This document shows, one piece after another, positions 55,868-64,000 of a DNA stretch of 64,000 bases. The translations under genes were made by a program, and so were the position numbers. The first letter of the stretch is position 1. Every line of letters begins with the position of its first letter. The notes below the pieces were generated by a model. The model was not told the origin of the DNA. It did not search any database and worked only from the letters and a program-made list of their open reading frames with translations. Source of the stretch: Eledone cirrhosa (Eukaryota); the NCBI GenBank assembly GCA_964016885.1, contig OZ024741.1, positions 85,312,001 through 85,376,000 of the forward strand, in the 5' to 3' direction.

Positions 55868-56252
55868 GCTTGGTCAGCCGAATGGTATCAGGTTTAGGAA
55901 GCAACAAATACAATGCCGTCGACTATGATGAGCTAATGTCGCAAGTTCTGGTGAAGAAGCTTGATGCTAATGGTTCCATAATCCACATGCAACAGCTGAA
56001 GCATAAGAATCTACTGACAAAAGAAGACAGCACCAACAGACAGCACCAGTTAGCATGGAACAAGGAACTGTTGAAACTCAAAGACCAGCGCCACACTCTG
56101 GAAATGGACATAGCTCATTTGGTCACTCAGAATTTACAAGACCCGACTGTTACACATTTTGTTTATATGGAAATTGAAAGCATTAAAGCTTGTTATGCCA
56201 AGGAACTGTTGACATTTAAAGAGCATACTGTTCGACCAATCTGGAATTTATA
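55868..56252 (+). CDS. CCDC148: Internal coding exon of a coiled-coil domain-containing protein 148-like gene
   Basis: Acceptor ttctttgtttgtgatcAG (55866-55867) and donor GTAAGT (56253-56258). The peptide KYNAVDYDEL..KKL..QHQLAWNKE..TVRPIWNL resembles the CCDC148 N-terminus as I recall it (KYKPVDYQQL..KKL..QHKQVWWQE..VINPIQQL). Confidence 0.8.
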
Positions 56253-59007
56253 GTAAGTACTAGATTTTCTGAAATCAGATTTACAATTACTCATTATGAA
56301 AGTTATAGAGAGATATTTATTTATCTAATATAGAACGAAAAGGTTTAACTGATTTCTAAATGTTACAAATACATCGATAGAAGCTGAAACTATTATTTAA
56401 GTTAATTTATTATTGATAATATATGTTATAGTAGTCATCAAAGCAAAACCTCAGTGTTGTTTTTGTTCCAACTCTTTAGGCTCTGATCTCTAATCCCACC
56501 AAGACCAACTTTGTCATTCACTCTTTCGATATGGATAAATGAAATACCAGTTGAATACTGAGGTTGATTCTTCTTCCATGTCTCTTTCTCACTTTTTCTC
56601 TTTTCCCGAAGAAATAGAATGTTCAGTCTGGGAGAAGAGTGAGCTCCACCAGATTTAAATCCCCAAGATGTATGTTACAATGCCACTTCTACAACACCAT
56701 TGGGATTTAGAATTCCACGGTTGGATGGATATAAATTCTATGCTATATATTTCCCAAGAATCCTATTCCTCAATGTGTACTGTGCCATCTCTGTTGCAAT
56801 GAAGCCCAAGAGCAGAAATAGGTGAATAGGCAGAAAAACAGGTGAACAGATTAATTTCAATAACAAAATTATATTCTATAACATTCCTATTATCAAGATG
56901 AGAATAGATCCAGTGATGGATGTTGTGAAGAAATATGGAATGAGGTGATTGGATCATGTGTTGAGAAATGATGAAAGTAACTAAGCGAGACGATAATGGA
57001 AATGATTGAAAGTGAGTGAAAGAGAAAGTTGACCCTGACAATTCTGCCTGCCTACCACACTCAAGAAAAGGAAAGAAGCTGATCGTCAGATCGGACTAAG
57101 GGAATAATGTTTCCACTTGTCTTTCCATTGCTGATACTATCTGATGATTGTAGTTCCTGGTAAAAGGAAGTGGAATTTGAACTCAGAATGCACGGAGCCT
57201 GATCACATATGACTCATTAGAAATTCCACCTATTCACTCACTCTGTACTCATACATTTTTATCAACCCCAAGAAAATGAAAGCAAAGATGACTTCAATGT
57301 GATTTAAACTCAGAGCACAGTAAGCTGGAAAATACTGAGGCCTTTAATCCGACAACCTGACCACTCTGCCAATTTGCCAGAAAATACCGCTTTCAATACA
57401 TTGTTAATAATGATTTTTAACATAAGTACAAGGTCATATTAAGCACTTTATTGTGGGGCGGTTATCTGTCAATTACATTAACTCTAGTACATGACTCAAA
57501 TATTTTATCAACCTCCAAGAAGATGGGAGGTGAAAAGAATTGGTGTCATGAAGTGTATCTGGCTGTAAAACATCACCTCAAAAAACCCGCCCAACTCATG
57601 CCAACATGGAAAAGTTGACACAAAAACGTTGATGATAAGGATAATGATGATTTTGACCCTCACTACCTTCACATTTTTTTCTGATCTGCATTTTCATCTT
57701 GCCTTATACAAGTTTCTGGTCTGTACCACATTCTACACCACTCATTACTCTTGCAGAACAAATATTCTGGAGGTCTCTTTCTTGTGATCATATAAGCCAA
57801 GATGTGTCCAGCTGAGATCTTGGGTGTATCCATGTTGCTGTATGGATATCTTTTTTTTTTTTAAAGAAAGTATTGAACACAACTAACTAAAATTAGTTGC
57901 AAAAGAAGAAGACCAATTGATATTCATATTGCCCGTGCCATGATGTTCTAAAGCACAACAGTTGTTGTCGTTACTTCGCACACGTTCATTGAAATCTCTA
58001 AGAAGCAAGATCTTATCTGCATGTTCAATCTACAATATACACCCTCGAAAATCTTCATAAAAACCATGATTGATTCTTTGCTACATACACTGAAATGACA
58101 ATTATGAAACGTCCCTTTGATAGAGGAACCCACAGTTGCATAATATGATCGCCAATGTCTTGTAAGGACCTCTAGGGGCTTACTGACTTCTGTTCAAACA
58201 ATAAAACCTACTTTTCCATTTCTCTTCTCCCCATTTGGTTTCCTTTTCCAGAAGCAGTGTAGCCAGCTCTCCTTTCTAAAAGATAACCTTCATCACTATG
58301 AGGAGTTTCACAGTTTGTGTCTATATCAATATTATACCTGCTTAATTCTCTGCTTACAATAGCAGTTCTATGTTCTCAATTTGAGGAAGATTCCTTGTTC
58401 TAACGTTCAACTAGTTTCTATTCTTTTGAACATTACTATTCCTCTTCTTTGTCATGCTGATATGAACGGCCCCCGCGTAGCTGCCTACATGGATGGGGTA
58501 AAAAATGATGCTTGGGTCATCTTTTCCAGACCCATCCCAAGATTTGGGTGAGTAATGTTCTTTCTAAAAAAGGGTTGCCTCCAACTGTGTACCTCCAACT
58601 TATTAGGTCTGTATACATTACAGCTTCCCCTTCACCGCAGTACTATGAAGAGATATTTGCACTAGGAGACATTTACACACACGCCTCCCTCCAAGTATCG
58701 ACAACCAGAATTCAATGACAAGCAGGCTGTATCAATCGAAGGTTTTTCCAAGGTGTACTTCTCACTCCACAAAAACTTATATCACAACACAAACACAGGC
58801 ACACACAGAGGCTCACATACACACACACACGATATATATATATATATAGAGAGAGAGAGATAGAAGGAAAAGAAATTGAAAATGCAACTGGAGCTTTTTC
58901 AGAGTATTTATTTATTTTACCGGTTTCACAGTTCTTATGATTTTCAAAAGTAAAATTGAGATTGAGGGCTAGTGTTTCTGTTGTGGGACATTTAAAAAAA
59001 ACCTTAC

Positions 59008-59091
<84 letters not shown>

Positions 59092-59996
59092 ATGCAAGCG
59101 TGGAATATGGACGTTAAACGATGATGATGATATATATAATGTATGTATGTATATAATCATATATGTGTGTGTGTGCGTGTGTGTATATATATATGCATGT
59201 ATATTGTATGAATGCATGCATGTATGTATGCATGTATGTATACATGCATGTATGTACATATGCAATAAGTAAAAGAAACAACAAAGCAAACCATAGTGTA
59301 CAATGAAAGAATATATTATTTTAACACTTAATATAGTAGAAAAAGAGTCATTACGTTTCGGACACTAGTCCTTCGCCAGAAGATAGAATGAGAAATAAAA
59401 GATGAAATAGAAAGATAGAAATAAGAAGAGGAAGGAAAGGGAAAAATATTTGGATAAAAACACGTGTGTATTCAGTCAGCCATCTTGGAGAAAATGCATA
59501 TGTACATTAGGATGGCCTTTATTTTTCAACTTTCTAAAAGTTTAGCTCCCACCTATCAACAAAAAGCAATCTATGCAAAATTTTAGTTCAAGCAGACAAC
59601 TGCATGCTGACCCTCATCGACCTTGAAAGTTTGAAGCTTTCGCCCGGAAGGTGATTTTTACAGATAAACATTTTTATCTATCTATATATTACTAAACGTC
59701 TGTGATTGCTTGCTTACTTGCTTGTCTGTAATGTAATACAGCCAAAAGGGAACATAATGGGAAAATATTTTGAAAGGGAGTTGCCCCTGAAATGGGAATA
59801 CAAATTGAATAAAATAAGTTTTGCATAAATTGAAGCACGGGTTCCCGAGATATGAAGTTTTCTGGGTACCTTCATAAACAGTGAGAGAGAGAAAGATAGA
59901 GAGAAAGAGATAGTGGTTGTGAGAAGAGAGGGAGAAGGAGAATGGAAGAGAGAGAGCTGGTCGTGTTGTTGTGTATATATATATGTGAGTCTGTGA

Positions 59997-60044
<48 letters not shown>

Positions 60045-60529
60045 CTATGACCCACTAGATCACAGACACCCATATATATATACACACATACATATATATA
60101 TGTATACAAACACACACATTTATATATATATATATATATATAATGGGCCTTCCAATTTCATTTCACATTACATACTTGTCTGTGTACATTATAATTATTT
60201 AAAAATTATTTTTAAGTGAACATGGCCCAGCAGGTCACAGGTGGTTTAGTATCATATAATTTTCTCTTAAATTAAAAACTTGTTCTGACTTATTGTTGGT
60301 ATTAGAAGGATAACTGACAATAAATATAATGGGGGGGGGGGCAAGTTGCAAAGCTTGGGACAGAGCGCAGGTTTAGGGCAAACACCTATTTTCCACTGTG
60401 GGAGCAGCAAAATTTTAACTTTCGAAAAATTACCTATTGCCAAGGGCCACCCTAATATTCATATATCCGTATGTGGTTTACAGCTGAGAGAAATAAGTAC
60501 TAGGCATTGAGTAATATATATATATATAA

Positions 60530-60715
60530 TACTTGTTTCTACTTTTGGCACAAGGCCAGCAATTACCCAGTACATTACTGGTACTTTATTTTATCGACCC
60601 CGTAAGGATGAAAGGCAAAGTCAACCTCGGCTGGATTTGAACTCAGATCGTAAAGGGACGTAACTAAGCTGGAAAGCATGGCGTCCGACCCTATACCGAT
60701 ACTGCCAATCCACCA
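60530..60715 (-). mobile_element. tRNA-derived SINE
   Basis: Reverse complement of 19537-19722. Confidence 0.88.
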
Positions 60716-60924
60716 GTATTATATATATATATATAATACTGGTGATATGCATGTAAGTAAATATTCTCTTTATCTGATATTTTGTAACTAACCTTACATA
60801 GATCAATAACGGAGTATAGCTACAATGTATTATCATCACCTAGAAACGATCGTAAAGCAGTGAAGTATATCTCTAATGACTTGATTTTTTATTTCATTGT
60901 TTTAACTTATATATATATATATAT

Positions 60925-62144
60925 TAGAACTAGAGAAGAAATTCCAAACTTGGAAGCAGGGACTAGAAAGAAAGGGTCTCAAAGTCAACCTGACAAAGAC
61001 TAAGGTCCTTGTAAGTAGACGAGAAAAGAGAACCCAGATCCCCTCAGGGAAATGGCCTTGCTCAGTATGTAGGAAAGGTGTAGGTAGGAACTCCATTCTT
61101 TGCCCCAAATGCAAACAATGGGTACACAAGAGATGTAGTGGGATCTCAGGAAGCTTAACTAAGAATGTAGGCTTCACATGCAGCAGCTGTGCTGGGGCAG
61201 CAAGCAGCAAACAGCCACAGGAAACAAGTACCACCAAACTCTGGAAGGGCTCTGTAGAAAGAGTAGACAGCTTCTGCTACCTAGGTGACCGAATTAGCAG
61301 CGGAGGTGGGTGTTCGGAAAGTACAATAACTAGGGTAAGAACGGGATGGAAGGAGTTCAGGGAGCTACTGCCACTGCTAGCTGCAAAAGGCTTTTCCCTC
61401 AAAATGAAAGGCAGACTGCAATGTTACATGGTAGTGAGACCTGGGCGCTGTCTGTGGAAGACTTGCGTAGATTAGAAAGAAATGAAGCCTGCATGCTCCG
61501 ATGGATGTGTAATAGTAATATACGCGAACGGCAAAGCATAAACAAATTGAGAAAGAGACTGAGCATAAGAGGAATCAAATGCTGTGTGCAGGCGAGGCGG
61601 TTGCGTTGGTATGGACATGTCATGCGTATGAAGAATGACAGCTGCATAAAAAGGAGCAGGCAATAGAAGTCGATGGAAACCGCGGAGTGGGGAGACCCAA
61701 GAAGACCTGGGATGATGTGATAAACGCCGACCGTGCCCAATTACACCTCTCAAAGGCGATGACACACGACCGTGACTTCTGGCGTCACGCAGTAATACAA
61801 AAGACCCGACCCCCAACGGGTACAAACCGAAACTGAAGCATATAGACAATATGCCCCCACACCCTTCCACTGCAAAGTGGTCGTGGAGGTGCCACGGCAA
61901 AAAAGCACCCAGCCCACACTGTAGAGTGGATGTGTAGGCTCCACGGAAAAAAGCACCCAGCACTCACTGTAAATGAGGTTGGTGTTAGGAAGGGCATCCA
62001 GCTGTAGAAATCTAGCCAGAATCAGTTCTCGTATGAGCAAGTCATGGTCAGCCGACCGGACACTGCCCACAACAGGACAACCCAGCTAACCCATGCTAGC
62101 ATGTAAGAACGGACGTAAAACGGTGATGACGATGATGATGATGA
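60925..62144 (+). mobile_element. RTE LINE 3' portion with (GAT)n tail
   Basis: Homologous to 43092-44331, with (TA)n flanks. Confidence 0.93.
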
Positions 62145-62288
62145 TATATATATGTGTATATAATGAAAGAAGTGTGGTAAGGAACCAGTATGCAGATTGG
62201 AGTATTCGACGAAGTACGCAGGTTGGTTTGTTTACTCCGGAGTAATGTAATAGTAAAATTTTGCTTCGTTTATCATAAATTAAAAATT

Positions 62289-62343
62289 ACTGCTATATAT
62301 ATTTCGGTGACAGCCATCATTGGCTGTGACCTCTTCAGGCAGT
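62289..62343 (-). ncRNA. Type I hammerhead ribozyme in a PLE pseudo-LTR fragment (~62163-62450)
   Basis: The minus strand reads ACUGC-CUGAAGA-GGUCACAGCCA(AUGA)UGGCUGUCACC-GAAA-UAUAUA-UA-GCAGU. Confidence 0.85.
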
Positions 62344-62789
62344 CCGAATTGGTGGGGAAAAGACAGGTCCATATGTTGTTGAAGTGTGTTTTACTCCGTC
62401 AACACATCGATATGTCCAGCTCCTGGGCGTGTTGTTATTCCTCGGAGCAGTAACATTTTAACTTTCGGAAAATTACCTATTGCTAAGGGCCTCCTTAATA
62501 TACATACATATACATATACACACACACACATATATGTATCAGCCATTACGTTATATCTCTAAACGTGCTGAATGCAATGAATCATTACACTGTATGGAAT
62601 TATAAAGATAGGTGTCATTTCTTCTTATCTACAAATTATGTTCAAATAGGATGTGTAACAACAGTTTCTACGAAAAGCGGAAGCCGTTACGCTCTCACTT
62701 TTCGTAAAGATGGCTGTATATTTGTTAGTTATATTTGTGTGTATGTGACTGGCAACTGTGTTAAAAATTCTATGTATCAGCCATTACGG

Positions 62790-64000
62790 TTCTTACTTCC
62801 CATCCACCACATTCGGTATACATGTCCGACGCTGTATGCTAACCACTCCCTCGTGAATATATCATAGAACAGACAACGGGCGGACGGAGGCTCCGTAAGC
62901 CGCAATGTTGGCAACTCGTCTAGGAGAGCTACCACTCCGAATAAATTGGTGCGGGGTAGTGAAGTCCCCTAAGTCCAGTAAGACAACTTCCCTAGTGCTG
63001 GTGGCGCACGAATAAAAGCACCCAGTCCATGCTGTAAAATGGAAGGGTGGTTAGGGCCCCTGAGTCCAGTAAGACGCCCTCTCTAGTGTTGGTGGCACGA
63101 ATAAAAGCACCTAGCCCATGCTGTAAAATGGAAGGGTAAAGAGGACCCCTGAGTCCAGTAAGACAACCTCTCTAGTGCTGGTGGCACGAATAAAAGCACC
63201 CAGTCCATGCTGTAAAGTGGTGCTGAAGTTAGGAAGGGCATCCAACCAATATAATAAATGCCAAAATTATGAGTACAACAAATAGGAATTGCAACAACTG
63301 CGTCAACAGCAATAACACTAACCATGTTAAGGCTGCGAACGGTAGTGGGGTGGCTGGTGCAGCCATGTGCGAGACCCCCCCCCCCGACCGTCATCAAGCA
63401 ATCACACAAAAACAACTGCGTAAACAACAATAACACTAACCATGTTAAGGCTGCGCACGGTAGTGGAGTGGCTAGTGAGGCCATGTGTGAGAACCCCACG
63501 GCCGTCATCAAGCAATCGCACAACAGGAAAAAGAACGGGATGTCGCATCTCAGAGTTGCCACACTTAATGTTGGTAGATCTGATGAGATTGGAGAGAAAG
63601 CATGTGGATGTGTGCTGTGTGCAAGAGGTGCGATGGAGAGGTGCCTCTGCAAGACATCGTAGTTATAAGCTTTTCTGGGTGGGTAATGATGATGGGTTAG
63701 GTGGGGTGGGCATATTACTGGCTGAGAGATGGATCAATAAGACAGTAGAGGTAGTTAGAGTTAGTAATAGAATAATTAAGCTTAGGTTAGTTGTAGACAA
63801 AAGCTACAGACAATCATCTCTGCCTATGCTCCCCAGGCAGGCCTAGGTAAAGAAGAAAAAGACGGCTTTTATGAACAACTTTTACAGACAGCCTCAATGA
63901 CAGAGGACAGAGACATCGTTATGCTAGCAGGTGACTTCGATGGATACACTGGGATACATGGTGGGCACGGTTACGGCTCAAGAAATGAAGGAGTGAGACT
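62790..64000 (+). mobile_element. 5' region of an RTE LINE (UTR with internal repeats plus APE N-terminus), runs off the right window edge
   Basis: MSHLRVATLNVG at ~63540, then VDVCCVQEVRWRG, YKLFW.G..GVGILL, SAYAPQ and AGDF. Confidence 0.85.

Noticed and set aside
57660-58740. Possible further CCDC148 exons
   Set aside because: I found no open frame with CCDC148 similarity and splice sites; the region looks like old LINE debris.
58910-58950. Further hammerhead-like strings (also ~24205-24235 and 41851)
   Set aside because: The core is too degenerate or the helices are missing.

Overview
This is eukaryotic, AT-rich, TE-saturated DNA. The repeat families, the (GAT)n-tailed RTE LINEs and the SINE cores suggest a cephalopod (octopus-like) genome, which is an inference. 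1-9.45 kb is a head-to-tail stack of Tx1-like (L1-clade) non-LTR retrotransposons joined at (GATA)n junctions. 12.7-19.5 kb is a related full-length Tx1-like element in an (ATT)n site, with ORF1 cleanly interrupted by a non-autonomous Helitron. The rest holds a deleted mariner with ~100-bp TIRs, a decayed Helitron helicase, six RTE copies, a CR1 relic and many tRNA-derived SINEs. It also holds many Penelope-like elements (PLEs) and small fold-back derivatives, mostly inserted in (TA)n and carrying minimal hammerhead-ribozyme motifs. The only recognisable host gene is CCDC148-like: a candidate first coding exon at 28829-28853 behind an RFX X-box, and an internal exon at 55868-56252, separated by a ~27-kb TE-filled interval. 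The strongest leads are (GATA)n versus (ATT)n microsatellite targeting by sister Tx1 families and the family of hammerhead-bearing palindromic PLE inserts, including a variant hammerhead with an extra nucleotide before helix II. All calls are by eye; no searches were run.
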